Positions 9,596 to 19,600 of a stretch of 64,000 bases of DNA are shown here, piece after piece (position 1 is the stretch's first letter; each line of letters begins with the position of its first letter). The DNA is from a virus. A program made the translations under genes and the position numbers. The stretch lies in IMG/VR virus record IMGVR_UViG_3300029220_000004. One strand, given 5' to 3'. A model generated the notes under the pieces. It ran no database searches. It was not told the origin of the DNA and saw nothing but the letters and a program-made list of their open reading frames with translations.

Positions 9596-12500
9596 ATGAG
9601 AAAATTATCTAACAGATGGAAAGAAAAAGTCAAGAACGGAATGGACGTGCAGTACCTCAAGTATGCAGATATCACACTTACAGACGGAACTGTACTCAAT
9701 CTGACCAGTGCCAATCTGTGGCAAAACGGAATGGAATTCGAAGATTCCGTGTCCGGGGATAGTAGCTTTGACATCGGTTCTGCAATCATTAATGTATTGA
9801 ATCTTAGCATTAATAATTTTGACGGTGAGTACTCCGATTACGATTTTGAGGGAGCAGAAGTCATATGTTATGTTGGATTACAGATTGAAGATGAGGACAC
9901 AAGTGAACTGTTAGATTCAGCTGGAGAACAAATACTGGATTCAACCGGCGATACAATTATAGTTCATAAAAATACGGTTATTGAAAAAACACGTATTTGC
10001 ACAGTGACAGTTATTGAACAGCCGGAAGACGAAACGGTGACCATAGACCTTACGTGTGAAGATAATATGCGGAAGTTTGACCGGAACTATTCAGACAGCA
10101 AATTGAAATATCCGGCAACCAGAGGGCAGATTGTACAAGATGCCTGCGAGGTATGTGGGGTTACTTTGCAAACAACATCATTTGACAGAGATGATTATAT
10201 CGTGCAGAATCGTCCAAATGACGAAGCTTTAACATTTCGCCAGGTTCTACAGTGGGTTGCGCAGATTGGCTGCCAGTGGATGAAATGCGATGAATATGGC
10301 AGATTGTGCATCAATTGGTACGGTTCTGTCAATGAAGAAGAACTTACAGTTGATGAACTTGGAGTATTAAAAACACAGGACGGAAGCAACGTTAATCTTA
10401 ACTTCTCGAACTCAGATGGTGCGTTGTCGGCTGACAATGGTACGCTTCTTGAAAATGATGGGATTCTGAGGCTTTTTGCAACTGACGAAAAAGGTAACAT
10501 TTCTGAAATAGAAACCACCTATGGTTTTACTCCGCATCATACAGATGTAGTAATCACAGGCGTGAAAGTAACTGAATACAGCGAATCCTCTTCTGATAAT
10601 CCGCAAACTTACATGGTTGGTACAGAGGGATATGTACTTGGAATTTCTGGTAATAAATTAATTCGTGTTGGCGATGGCCAGACGATTGCTTCAATGATTG
10701 CCGAGAAATGCGTTGGCATGAGATTTAGACCATTTGAATCCGAGTGTCCTACAGATGTGGCTCTGGAAGCCGGAGATTCACTGATTATTGTGGATAGAAA
10801 TGGGAAAATATACACATCGCTACTTACCACAACTACATTGAAACCGGGATCCGGTCAGAAGATAGCTTGTAATGCCAAAAGCGCTGCTAAAAATAGCAGC
10901 ACCCAATATTCCCAGGCGACGCAGGCATTTGTTACTGCAAGAAATATGGTTAAGCAGGAAAAAACCGAGAGAGAAAAAGCTCTTGAAGAATTTGGAAAAA
11001 GAATTGATTCAGCCACAGGAGTTTATACTACTGTTGAGCCACAGGAAAATGGAAGCAAAATCTTTTATTTACACGACAAACCAACTCTGGCAGAATCTCA
11101 GGCAATTTGGAAAATGACTTCTGAGGCATGGGGAGTGTCTACAGATGGTGGACAGACATGGAATGGTGGCATGACAGTTGATGGCGATACGATTGTAAGA
11201 ATTTTGAATGCAGTTGGAGTAAATGCAACGTGGATTAATACAGGAGCAATCACAGTAAAGGATGCAAACGAAAATATTCTTTTCCAAGTCGATATGGACA
11301 CCAAAACGGTTGTTATCGACCCAGATGTTTTGATTATCGGAAATATGACATTGTCCGAGAAATTGGAAAACATGGATGAGAATATTGCATCTGCCAAGAA
11401 TATGACATTCCAGCTGTCGAACGATATGCAGACGATCACATCTGACGCAGACGGCAACATTCCGGTATTTCCAACAGTGGCAACTACAGCGAAAGTTATG
11501 TACGGCTCGTCAGATATCACAAATGATTGTAGCTATACCATTACAAAATCAGACAGTGTAACCGGCTCTTGGGATGTAGATACACATACTTACACTGTCA
11601 CAGGCTTGAGTGCAGACAATGGATGGGTGGATATTAAGGCAACGTACCTGATTAATCTTTCTATAACGAAGAGATTTACGATTTCCAAGCAGAAATCAGG
11701 GAAAAACGGAAAACAGCTTTATACATGGAGAAAATACGCATCCATGCCGGATGGCTCTGATATGAGTGATAGCCCAGATTATGTAAAACTTCTGGACAGC
11801 GCCGAAAGTCCCATACTGGACAGTACCGGGGATAAAATCTATACAGTCACAGAAGCAATCTATGTTGGAATTGCTGATAATAAAACTACAGAAACACCGT
11901 CTGATAATCCGAAAGATTACATTTGGAGCCGTTTTCGCGGCGAAGACGGAGCGGATGGAATTGGCATTCCGGGAGAGAACGGAGAAACTTCTTACATCCA
12001 TACCGCTTATGCAAATAGTATTGACGGAACTGTGGATTTTTCCACAACTGATACAGATAGAATTTACATTGGTCATTATTCCGATTTCGAAAAGACGGAC
12101 AGTGCAGACCCAGCGAAATATACATGGGCGAGAATGCGTGGAGAAGACGGGCCTCCAGGAAGAACGTATTACCTGAGAGCCAACGCAGGAGTCCTGATGA
12201 TGGGACAGGATAAGAAAATAACTCCTAATCCATTCAAGGTTCATGCGTATTACAGAGATGGACAGGGTGACGAAGCAACTTTTAAAACCTGGTGGATAGT
12301 AGAATACAGCAAAGATGCCGGAAAAACATGGACAAAAATGGCCTTTAATTCACAGACCAGTGGAATAACTATTAATCCAGATAGCTATTCTCTTGGTGCT
12401 GACGGAATGATACGTGCAACAATTTATACGGATTCCGGAAGAACTAAAATCGCCGATCAGCAGACATGGCAGGTTGCTGTTGACGTTGGCATGCTTACGC

Positions 12501-13381
12501 AGGAGCAGATTGTTGAGATATTGTCCAATGGCGGAGAATTTAAAGGTCTCTACTATTTGAATGGACATCTGTACATCAGTTTAGACGCATTGATGGGAAA
12601 CGCCGCAATTCTAGGTGGAACCAAAAACGGCAACGGATACCTAAAGATTAAAGATAAAAAAGGCACCGTGAAGGGACTGATAGATTACTCAGGATACACT
12701 GCATTTACAAGCTATGAAGAAAATTCTACGCGCATGAAATATACAGGAATTTGTTTTTCAGATACTGGAATAAATCCTGTTAGTGCCGAGAAATACTTTA
12801 GCAGCACTGCGGACATTGAATACGTTGAAACGGCGTGGGGAATCGACTGGACTGCCGAAGAGCTTAATATTAGTGCAACAGAAGTATCGGCTGATACCGG
12901 TACATTTGGAGATTTAACTGTTACTAATTCTGCATCTTTCACAAAATCACCAAAGATAGAAGACATGGAGTATACGACATCATCAAATACTATTTGTTGG
13001 GATGGACGTACAGGATACAAACAGCTGATGCTGAAATCTTCATCCTCGAAACGCTATAAAGATATTGGAAATGATATTTCAGAGCAAGAAATTGAAAACT
13101 GGTACAATATTGAACCAACGTGGGCGAAATATAAAGAGGGATATCTAGTTGAAGGGGACGAGAATGAAGGCAGATATATCCCGATGTTTATTGCCGAAGA
13201 CGTAGAAGAATATTTTCCAGAAGCCACCAGACACGCAAATGGACTGGTCGAAGACTGGAACGAACGTATCATGATACCGGCTATGTTTGCGATGATTAAA
13301 AGCCAGAAAGAACAGCTTGACCGACAGGAGAAACTAATTAATCAGCTCTATGAAAAGTTCAATATAGAAAAGGAGAATTAA
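9596..13381 (+). CDS. tail-associated/tail fibre protein with C-terminal intramolecular chaperone (peptidase S74-like) domain
   Basis: 1261 aa. N-terminus resembles phage minor structural/Tal proteins. C-terminus SSSKRYKDI...IPMFIAEDVEEYFPEA...LINQLYEKF matches the endosialidase-type autocleaving chaperone domain. Confidence 0.75.
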   Translation: MRKLSNRWKEKVKNGMDVQYLKYADITLTDGTVLNLTSANLWQNGMEFEDSVSGDSSFDIGSAIINVLNLSINNFDGEYSDYDFEGAEVICYVGLQIEDEDTSELLDSAGEQILDSTGDTIIVHKNTVIEKTRICTVTVIEQPEDETVTIDLTCEDNMRKFDRNYSDSKLKYPATRGQIVQDACEVCGVTLQTTSFDRDDYIVQNRPNDEALTFRQVLQWVAQIGCQWMKCDEYGRLCINWYGSVNEEELTVDELGVLKTQDGSNVNLNFSNSDGALSADNGTLLENDGILRLFATDEKGNISEIETTYGFTPHHTDVVITGVKVTEYSESSSDNPQTYMVGTEGYVLGISGNKLIRVGDGQTIASMIAEKCVGMRFRPFESECPTDVALEAGDSLIIVDRNGKIYTSLLTTTTLKPGSGQKIACNAKSAAKNSSTQYSQATQAFVTARNMVKQEKTEREKALEEFGKRIDSATGVYTTVEPQENGSKIFYLHDKPTLAESQAIWKMTSEAWGVSTDGGQTWNGGMTVDGDTIVRILNAVGVNATWINTGAITVKDANENILFQVDMDTKTVVIDPDVLIIGNMTLSEKLENMDENIASAKNMTFQLSNDMQTITSDADGNIPVFPTVATTAKVMYGSSDITNDCSYTITKSDSVTGSWDVDTHTYTVTGLSADNGWVDIKATYLINLSITKRFTISKQKSGKNGKQLYTWRKYASMPDGSDMSDSPDYVKLLDSAESPILDSTGDKIYTVTEAIYVGIADNKTTETPSDNPKDYIWSRFRGEDGADGIGIPGENGETSYIHTAYANSIDGTVDFSTTDTDRIYIGHYSDFEKTDSADPAKYTWARMRGEDGPPGRTYYLRANAGVLMMGQDKKITPNPFKVHAYYRDGQGDEATFKTWWIVEYSKDAGKTWTKMAFNSQTSGITINPDSYSLGADGMIRATIYTDSGRTKIADQQTWQVAVDVGMLTQEQIVEILSNGGEFKGLYYLNGHLYISLDALMGNAAILGGTKNGNGYLKIKDKKGTVKGLIDYSGYTAFTSYEENSTRMKYTGICFSDTGINPVSAEKYFSSTADIEYVETAWGIDWTAEELNISATEVSADTGTFGDLTVTNSASFTKSPKIEDMEYTTSSNTICWDGRTGYKQLMLKSSSSKRYKDIGNDISEQEIENWYNIEPTWAKYKEGYLVEGDENEGRYIPMFIAEDVEEYFPEATRHANGLVEDWNERIMIPAMFAMIKSQKEQLDRQEKLINQLYEKFNIEKEN

Positions 13382-13382
13382 T

Positions 13383-13727
13383 ATGGCAAAATTTAATGAA
13401 TACACAGCAAAGGCAACTCCAGAAGATGCAGATACCTTAATGCTCTATGATGCTGCATCAAAAGCAAACAAACTTTCACCATTTAGCGGAATCTGGAACT
13501 GGATGGTCAATAAATTGACAAATGCAGTAATCAATAACTTGCAGACTTCAAACAAGACTGTAGTGGGGGCTCTTAATGAATTAAATAGTAACTCATCAAG
13601 AGTGGAAAATCGCATACAATTCGAATGGCATAATAAAGATGAAAAATATCCTTCAGGCTTAAAATTGGTGGTCGATAAAACGACAACTTTATTGCTTCCA
13701 ATAGAAAGTTTTGTAAAGATGGAATGA
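13383..13727 (+). CDS. hypothetical tail-module protein
   Basis: 114 aa, RBS GGAGAA, coupled to the fibre gene. No TM segment. Confidence 0.5.
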   Translation: MAKFNEYTAKATPEDADTLMLYDAASKANKLSPFSGIWNWMVNKLTNAVINNLQTSNKTVVGALNELNSNSSRVENRIQFEWHNKDEKYPSGLKLVVDKTTTLLLPIESFVKME

Positions 13728-13786
13728 CATTTAAGCAACTTCGTATTCCCATTTAGTTAACTAAGGACTTTGAAAATTTCATAAAT

Positions 13787-15241
13787 ATGTTTCATGATTT
13801 CATGAAAGGAGCTGATAAATTGGAAATTAAAGGAATTGACGTATCATCGTGGCAAGGGAAACCGGATTGGGCAAAAGTATCAAAATCTGGAGTTAAGTTT
13901 GCAATATTAAGAATCCATCAGAAATCTGGAATTGACGAATCATTCGAACACAACTACAAGGGCTGTAAATCCAATGGAATTCTTATTGGTGGATATAAAT
14001 ACAGTTATGCTTTAACACCGGCACAGGCAATTGACGAAGCTGAGAACTTAATTTCCGTTCTTGGTGGACGTGGACTGGACTTTCCAGTGTTCTATGATCT
14101 GGAATGGGCACAGCAAAGAAGTCTCGGAAAACAGGCTATCGAGAATATTGCAGTAGCATTTCTGACCAGAATCAAGAAAGCCGGTTATAAGGTTGGAATT
14201 TATTGTAATTTCGACTGGTACAATAATGTTCTGACAGATGCTCTCAAAAAATATGATTGTTGGATTGCTCGTTATCCGGCAAGCGACAATGGTTCTGTAC
14301 AGGAAAGATTGCGTCCGAATGTCGGTGTAGGCTGGCAATATTCCAGCAAGGGAAAAGTTCCAGGAATTAATGGAAATGTTGATATGGATGTGTTCTACAA
14401 AGACTACAGAGATTCTAACCAGAAAGGAGAAACCAAAATGGTAAAAATCAGTAACTGCGGACATGATGAACGCGGAAGATATGCAGGTGGAAAAGCAGGA
14501 GATCAGACTGGTACGGAATATCAGATCATGAACTGGTACAGTAGACCGTGGCTCTGTGTCCTAAGATTCAATGACGCCAAAATCGCAACCATGATTGCAG
14601 ACATGGCGACAAAAGCGGCACAGAACAATCTCATCGGATACGATCAGGGCACTGCCGGAAACAGCAATGACCGGTATTCGTTCTGGCGGCACTTAAAGGC
14701 AAGCAACTACGATCCGGCGCAGATCACGGTAGCTTGCGAATCTGATTGCAGCGCAAGTACAGCAGCTATCGTCAAGGGGGCTGGGTATCGCTTAAATAAC
14801 GCAAGACTCAAAGCGGTCAGCATCTATCTGACGACACGAAACATGAGAGCAGCAATGAAGATTGCCGGTGCGAAAGTACTGACGGATAGAAAGTATCTGA
14901 CATCCGGTGACTATCTAAAGGCAGGAGATATCCTCCTGAATGATAACCACCACGTGGCTATCGCTGTTACCACTGGCGCAAAAGCAAGTACGCTTTCAAC
15001 GCCAACTATTCTGTCTAAAACTCCGAAGTGGGTGGGAAAGGTGACTGCAAATACACTTAATGTCCGCACATGGGCAGGAACAGAGTATGCACAGCTTAAA
15101 AGCTATCCTACACTTGCAAAAGGCAATTTAGTTGATGTATGCGATATCATTAAAGCAAAAGACAAAGCCGACTGGTACTACATCCGCATTGCCGGAAAGT
15201 ACTTCGGTTTTGTTTCCACGAAATATATTTGCAAAGTGTGA
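13787..15241 (+). CDS. endolysin: GH25 muramidase + central Cys/His domain + SH3-like
   Basis: GIDVSSWQG...FAILR...DLEW is a GH25 signature. The middle region has conserved C...H (CSASTAAIV, NHHVAIAV). The C-terminus is SH3_3-like (VRTWAGTEY...WYYIRIAGKYFGFV). The real start is probably ATG 13802 or TTG 13820, after AAAGGAG. Confidence 0.8.
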   Translation: MFHDFMKGADKLEIKGIDVSSWQGKPDWAKVSKSGVKFAILRIHQKSGIDESFEHNYKGCKSNGILIGGYKYSYALTPAQAIDEAENLISVLGGRGLDFPVFYDLEWAQQRSLGKQAIENIAVAFLTRIKKAGYKVGIYCNFDWYNNVLTDALKKYDCWIARYPASDNGSVQERLRPNVGVGWQYSSKGKVPGINGNVDMDVFYKDYRDSNQKGETKMVKISNCGHDERGRYAGGKAGDQTGTEYQIMNWYSRPWLCVLRFNDAKIATMIADMATKAAQNNLIGYDQGTAGNSNDRYSFWRHLKASNYDPAQITVACESDCSASTAAIVKGAGYRLNNARLKAVSIYLTTRNMRAAMKIAGAKVLTDRKYLTSGDYLKAGDILLNDNHHVAIAVTTGAKASTLSTPTILSKTPKWVGKVTANTLNVRTWAGTEYAQLKSYPTLAKGNLVDVCDIIKAKDKADWYYIRIAGKYFGFVSTKYICKV

Positions 15242-15307
15242 TAAATGTGATATAATAAATATACCATAATTCAACTCCTCCCCAGAGTTTAAGCATGGAC
15301 TCAAAAA

Positions 15308-15345
15308 AAGAGATGGTCTGTTTCTTCCTTGACAGACCATCTCTT
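15308..15345. terminator. bidirectional terminator
   Basis: Perfect 14-bp stem AAGAGATGGTCTGT/ACAGACCATCTCTT flanked by an A-run and a T-run, between convergent genes. Confidence 0.8.
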
Positions 15346-15350
15346 TTGCT

Positions 15351-16049
15351 TCACTTAATAATGTATTCCCAATATTGATTTTTAATATCCGCATATCCGT
15401 TCTTACGAATCAACACTTTATCCCCGGAAAACATCGTAAAATCAGAATCCAGCTTTTGCACATAATCCATGTTTACAACAAATGACTTATGGCAACGCAA
15501 AAACCGTTTATCAAGGTAAGGCTCAACCGACTTTAAAGTTGCATACATACTGTGCATAATCCCGTTCGTGCAATGAACAAAAACTTGCTTATCCCGTGCT
15601 TCGAGGTACTCGATTTTGTTCAATGGAATCCTTATAATGCAATCTCTGTGTCTGATTGTGAGCATCTTGTGTTTCATATCACTCAAGGTATTGTCAATCA
15701 TAGAAAACATTCTTCCGTGTTCATTTCCCTTGATGATATAATGCGTAAATTCAACATCCAACGCATCAAAAACAAAATCCTTGTGAGCTGTCCAGAAAGC
15801 AATTTTGCCCTTATATCCACACTCTCGGAGTTCTTTGGCAATATCCACGCCATTTTCGTTTTTAAGTATTACATCCAAGACAATCATATCAAACCATTTT
15901 CCGTCCTTAACATCATCTATCAAGGGTTCCCCACTGAAATAACCGTCTATCGTATAATTCCGGTCACCGTTTTGCTTCAAAAACGGTTCAATCCGATGCT
16001 TAAAATACTCAACCTGTAGTTCACAATCGTCACAAATAGCAATTTTCAT
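15351..16049 (-). CDS. LytTR-family response regulator (orphan)
   Basis: N-terminal receiver (MKIAICDD...DMIVLDV) and C-terminal LytTR domain (IPLNKIEYLEARDKQVFVHC...CHKSFVVNMDYV). No kinase in the window. Confidence 0.8.
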   Translation of the reverse strand: MKIAICDDCELQVEYFKHRIEPFLKQNGDRNYTIDGYFSGEPLIDDVKDGKWFDMIVLDVILKNENGVDIAKELRECGYKGKIAFWTAHKDFVFDALDVEFTHYIIKGNEHGRMFSMIDNTLSDMKHKMLTIRHRDCIIRIPLNKIEYLEARDKQVFVHCTNGIMHSMYATLKSVEPYLDKRFLRCHKSFVVNMDYVQKLDSDFTMFSGDKVLIRKNGYADIKNQYWEYIIK

Positions 16050-16260
16050 AGTAATCACCTTCCGTTTATCGCCTACGCTTCAACTTTCATCAGATTATCC
16101 TCATCTAATCAATTAATTATGGTAATATAGTAGCACTGAAACGGAAATGTGTAAATAGTTCAGCGAAATTTCGAAAAAATTCGACATATTAATTCGTTGG
16201 TACAGCCTGCCAGATTGCTCTGGGGAGGAACGTGATCGTGAATGCAGGTTTTACCATAAA

Positions 16261-16290
16261 AAGAGCCGAGGATTTTACTCCCCGGCTCTT
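16261..16290 (-). terminator. rho-independent terminator
   Basis: AAGAGCCG/CGGCTCTT stem with an A-run on the + strand (T-run for the minus transcript), right after the 16294 stop. Confidence 0.6.
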
Positions 16291-16293
16291 TGC

Positions 16294-17556
16294 TTACTGC
16301 AATTTAATTAATACTTTTTCATCAGTCCAGACGTTGGCAGTATACTCCAATTCTACAGACTGAGAATCAATTGGTATACTGTAATATGTAGAAAAAGAAA
16401 CACTTCTTCCAGAGGAAAGATTAGTATTTATGAAACCTCTGTTATCCAAACCATATGTTTGTTCACAAGTTTGATTATCAGCATAGCACTTAAAGTCATA
16501 GATACTTGCGTACTTGTCTGTGTTTCCAACATTATTGTATGTAAAAGATACCTTTGCATATTTCATTCCATCGGCAGGCGTATAAAGCCCGTATTCGTCT
16601 TCGTAATCCTGAAAATCAGTGTCCGCATCATCTACAGTGATTTGCAACCCGTTAACTTCAAATGTAGATCCGACAGTTACATAATCAGGTGCAGATTCTT
16701 CAACTGGCTCAGGAGTAGGCATATCAGAAGAATTATTGATTTCTTCTGATACTTCATTTGCAATATCCTGTATTTCTTGCTCGTATGTATTTTGTTTCGT
16801 CGGAGAAGGAGTGCTTGCACTGTCTGAATTAAGTCCTCCACTGCCCAAAACAAATACTGCCAATACGGGGAAAATGATTGACAATGCAATTCTTGTACCT
16901 TTTTTGAAATGATTGTATTTCCACATAACGAATAAACCGATAGGCCAGAATATCAAAATCATAAATACTGTAAATCCGGTAGATGCAAACACAGAATCCT
17001 TCTTTTGTTCTTCTTGAAACTGCTGATACGAGAATGAGCTAGACTGATTGCTAGCATTGTTTTGAACTTTTTGGATATTTACATTGGTTTCGCCAGATTT
17101 GAATTTGTCAGCATGGTTTTTAGCATATTCATTCACAAGATACCAATCGGAAACAAAATCTTTTTTAAAGTACTTGTCTGCTATGTTTACTAAAAAATCT
17201 TTAGTTATTTCATATTTTTCAGAGTTAGCATTTACACATATTTTAAAGGAATCCTTGTAGTTTGGGGTAGAAAATGCGATTTTAAGTTGGTTGCGGCCAA
17301 AATCATCTGGCTCTTCTTTTGAATAATTCAAAACAAAATCATCAACAGGAGATTCCATAATTTGATTGTGCTTATAGAAAACTTTGATTGTTTCTGATGT
17401 TGCTTGAATATACATAGAATCGTTTATCTCTACAGTATATTCTTTTGGTTTTTCTTTTTCGGGCTGCCCTTTGATTAATGGAAAACCACAGTTTGGACAA
17501 CTGGTAGCCTTGTCACTTATTTCTTTTCCACATTCAGGACATTTAATTATAGCCAT
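16294..17556 (-). CDS. zinc-ribbon / transmembrane / DUF4352-like membrane protein
   Basis: N-terminal CPECG...CPNCG zinc ribbon, two TM helices in the middle, and a C-terminal Ig-like DUF4352-type region (GLQITVDD...KVSFTYNNVG...SVELEY). Confidence 0.6.
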   Translation of the reverse strand: MAIIKCPECGKEISDKATSCPNCGFPLIKGQPEKEKPKEYTVEINDSMYIQATSETIKVFYKHNQIMESPVDDFVLNYSKEEPDDFGRNQLKIAFSTPNYKDSFKICVNANSEKYEITKDFLVNIADKYFKKDFVSDWYLVNEYAKNHADKFKSGETNVNIQKVQNNASNQSSSFSYQQFQEEQKKDSVFASTGFTVFMILIFWPIGLFVMWKYNHFKKGTRIALSIIFPVLAVFVLGSGGLNSDSASTPSPTKQNTYEQEIQDIANEVSEEINNSSDMPTPEPVEESAPDYVTVGSTFEVNGLQITVDDADTDFQDYEDEYGLYTPADGMKYAKVSFTYNNVGNTDKYASIYDFKCYADNQTCEQTYGLDNRGFINTNLSSGRSVSFSTYYSIPIDSQSVELEYTANVWTDEKVLIKLQ

Positions 17557-17741
17557 ATCTTTTCCTCCTTAGTAAAATTTGCATATATTATACCGCAAGA
17601 TTCAACAATATCATAGTCAAAACCGAAATATTTTTCATATTTTTATCCATTCAAAATGCAGTTTTATCGTTTTGCCCGATTAATTTGCACAAAAAGTGGT
17701 ATAACTAAGTACATAAAATATAGACTAAAGAGGTATATATT

Positions 17742-18131
17742 ATGAGGAAGATTGAGAGATTGCTGATCGCAGTAGGAGTAATCTTCTTTGCAAGCTACAT
17801 CATTCACTTGCCGATGTGCAATCAAGATTATTTACGTAAAAGCTTCATCCGCTTGGCAGATGATATGTGCAAGCATTCAACTTTAAGCCAGAGCATAAAA
17901 GAGATTCTAAGAACGAACGATATTGTAGAAATCACAGAAAATCCGGTAAAAACGAACTTTATATTTGTGAAAGTAAAGGTCATATTTGAAATCACAAATA
18001 TTCCGGTCTATCTCTGGCAGTTTGCAAGGGCGAATATTAATCCATGTGTCCTGTTTCATTGGACTTACGGAAAATATGATAAAAATAAATGTTCGAATGC
18101 ATATTTCTCACAGTCCAGACATATACTGTAG
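17742..18131 (+). CDS. hypothetical protein with N-terminal TM helix
   Basis: 129-aa ORF with a hydrophobic N-terminus. No motif recognised. Confidence 0.4.
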   Translation: MRKIERLLIAVGVIFFASYIIHLPMCNQDYLRKSFIRLADDMCKHSTLSQSIKEILRTNDIVEITENPVKTNFIFVKVKVIFEITNIPVYLWQFARANINPCVLFHWTYGKYDKNKCSNAYFSQSRHIL

Positions 18132-18157
18132 TAAAGTTTCGATCGGGAGGGTTATTT

Positions 18158-18268
18158 ATGGATTATAAGAAAGAGATTATAAAAATGATAGATGAAATTG
18201 AAAGTCAAAAGATTTTGCGTTATATTTATATTATCGTAGCTGATATTTACAACGATTTACGGAGGTAG
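18158..18268 (+). CDS. small hypothetical protein (36 aa)
   Basis: GGGAGG 7 nt upstream of the ATG. Below the ORF-track cutoff. Confidence 0.4.
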   Translation: MDYKKEIIKMIDEIESQKILRYIYIIVADIYNDLRR

Positions 18269-18273
18269 GACAT

Positions 18274-18465
18274 ATGAACAAAGATTTATTATATTCCGAA
18301 GAAGAGCAAAAGAAAATAATCGCAAAAATGGAAGACCCATCAAATAAAACGGGTCTTCCACCGGCATCGCTTATATACGCATTAATCGACATGGTTGGAG
18401 TTCAGACAAATATGATTCAATCATTACAGGAATCTATTCAGCGGTTGGAGACAAAAATCCAATAG
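18274..18465 (+). CDS. hypothetical protein
   Basis: 63 aa, RBS GGAGGTAGGA. Confidence 0.45.
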   Translation: MNKDLLYSEEEQKKIIAKMEDPSNKTGLPPASLIYALIDMVGVQTNMIQSLQESIQRLETKIQ

Positions 18466-18808
18466 GTCTTTTTGGACGATCATTTTCTTTCGGAACTGAC
18501 ATAAGTAAAAAGTTCAGCTGACTAATGTGCTGAATAAGCGTTGACATCTTTCCGTTAACATATCCTTTAAAAATCATAAGTACGGACTTCTCGTATCCTA
18601 TTTCAGTGACGTGCATAGTAACTGATTGGCCGAAATTGGTAAGCAGAAGTCCTACTTCATGTTCAGAATCAAGTTTTGATTCAAATTCTTTGATATATTT
18701 GCAAAGAATCTCGAACTGTGTGTCTGAATACGAATATGTTAAAGGGATTGGCTCAATATCATTAATTTGTTTCATAGCAGTTTCGTAAATGGTTTTAGTA
18801 TCTAACAT
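18434..18808 (-). CDS. hypothetical protein co-transcribed with the repressor
   Basis: ATG at 18808 after GAGGTG, immediately downstream of the repressor stop. No HEXXH motif, so not an ImmA-type protease. Confidence 0.55.
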   Translation of the reverse strand: MLDTKTIYETAMKQINDIEPIPLTYSYSDTQFEILCKYIKEFESKLDSEHEVGLLLTNFGQSVTMHVTEIGYEKSVLMIFKGYVNGKMSTLIQHISQLNFLLMSVPKENDRPKRPIGFLSPTAE

Positions 18809-18816
18809 AACGCACC

Positions 18817-19158
18817 TCACTCACTTAAAAGATTAATCAATTCAACAATATGTTTCTTTTTGGCATCGGACAGTCCGAAGTATTTCTTTAATGCATCAGA
18901 CAGTTCGGTGTCTTTTCTTATCTGTGCAATCAAATGTGCAGATTCATCGGAAAAATCTTCTTCCGGTTCTTTTCCTGTCATTAGATAATCTACAGATACA
19001 CGGAAGAAATCTGCAATTTTTTGAAGTTTATCTTGCTTTGGCACACTTCTTCCCTTTTTCCAATCAGAAAAGGTAGATGCTGGTATACCAGTTGCTTTGG
19101 ATACATCTATTGCTTTTTTATTATTTTCAATTAACAAATTCACGAAAATCTCATACAT
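18817..19158 (-). CDS. CI-like XRE-family repressor
   Basis: HTH (KKAIDVSKATGIPASTFSDWKKGRSVPKQDKLQKIADFFRVSVDYL). Divergent from a cro-like gene. Confidence 0.8.
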   Translation of the reverse strand: MYEIFVNLLIENNKKAIDVSKATGIPASTFSDWKKGRSVPKQDKLQKIADFFRVSVDYLMTGKEPEEDFSDESAHLIAQIRKDTELSDALKKYFGLSDAKKKHIVELINLLSE

Positions 19159-19177
19159 AATATTCCTTTCCGAAAAA

Positions 19178-19326
19178 TTAGGAATTCCGAAATTTGCCTA
19201 TTGACATTTTAGGATAACCGAAATATAATGTAATTGTGATTAAGGAAATCCGAAAAAAGGCAAAAAAATCCCTATCGCTTTTCATAATATCTTTGTGGTT
19301 ATTGATATTATATCGGATTTCCTAAA
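19178..19326. promoter_or_regulatory. four operator repeats TTAGGAWWHCCGAAA in the CI/Cro intergenic region
   Basis: TTAGGAATTCCGAAAT (19178), TTAGGATAACCGAAAT (19209), TTAAGGAAATCCGAAAA (19240), and an inverted copy ATCGGATTTCCTAAA (19312). Confidence 0.65.
19201..19229 (+). promoter_or_regulatory. consensus sigma-A promoter toward the cro-like gene
   Basis: TTGACA, 17-nt spacer, TATAAT. Operator copy 2 occupies the spacer. Confidence 0.65.
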
Positions 19327-19392
19327 TAAAAGCAACATATTTATGAATTTCGAAATGAAATTTTAGCTTCATTTAGGAAAGGAGGATTCTCA

Positions 19393-19581
19393 TTGTACGA
19401 AAAATTCGAGCAACTCATTACAAAAAAAGGAATAACTACATATAGAGTTGCAAAAGACACCGGAATCGCACCGACTGTTTTTTCCGATTGGAAAACTGGC
19501 AAGAGTAAACCGAAAGTCGATAAGCTAATGATTCTTGCAAAGTACTTCGATGTATCTGTTGAATATTTTTTGAAAGAATAA
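19393..19581 (+). CDS. Cro-like XRE HTH protein
   Basis: 62 aa, TTG start after GGAAAGGAGG. The HTH is paralogous to the repressor N-terminus. Confidence 0.75.
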   Translation: MYEKFEQLITKKGITTYRVAKDTGIAPTVFSDWKTGKSKPKVDKLMILAKYFDVSVEYFLKE

Positions 19582-19600
19582 TTATTTTGAAAGGAGATAC

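Noticed and set aside
2135-13272. Numerous antisense and overlapping ORFs inside the tape measure and tail fibre genes (for example 2135-2632, 4756-5100, 11098-11520, 11696-12244)
   Set aside because: They are embedded in long, clearly coding + strand genes with recognisable domains. They are typical shadow ORFs.
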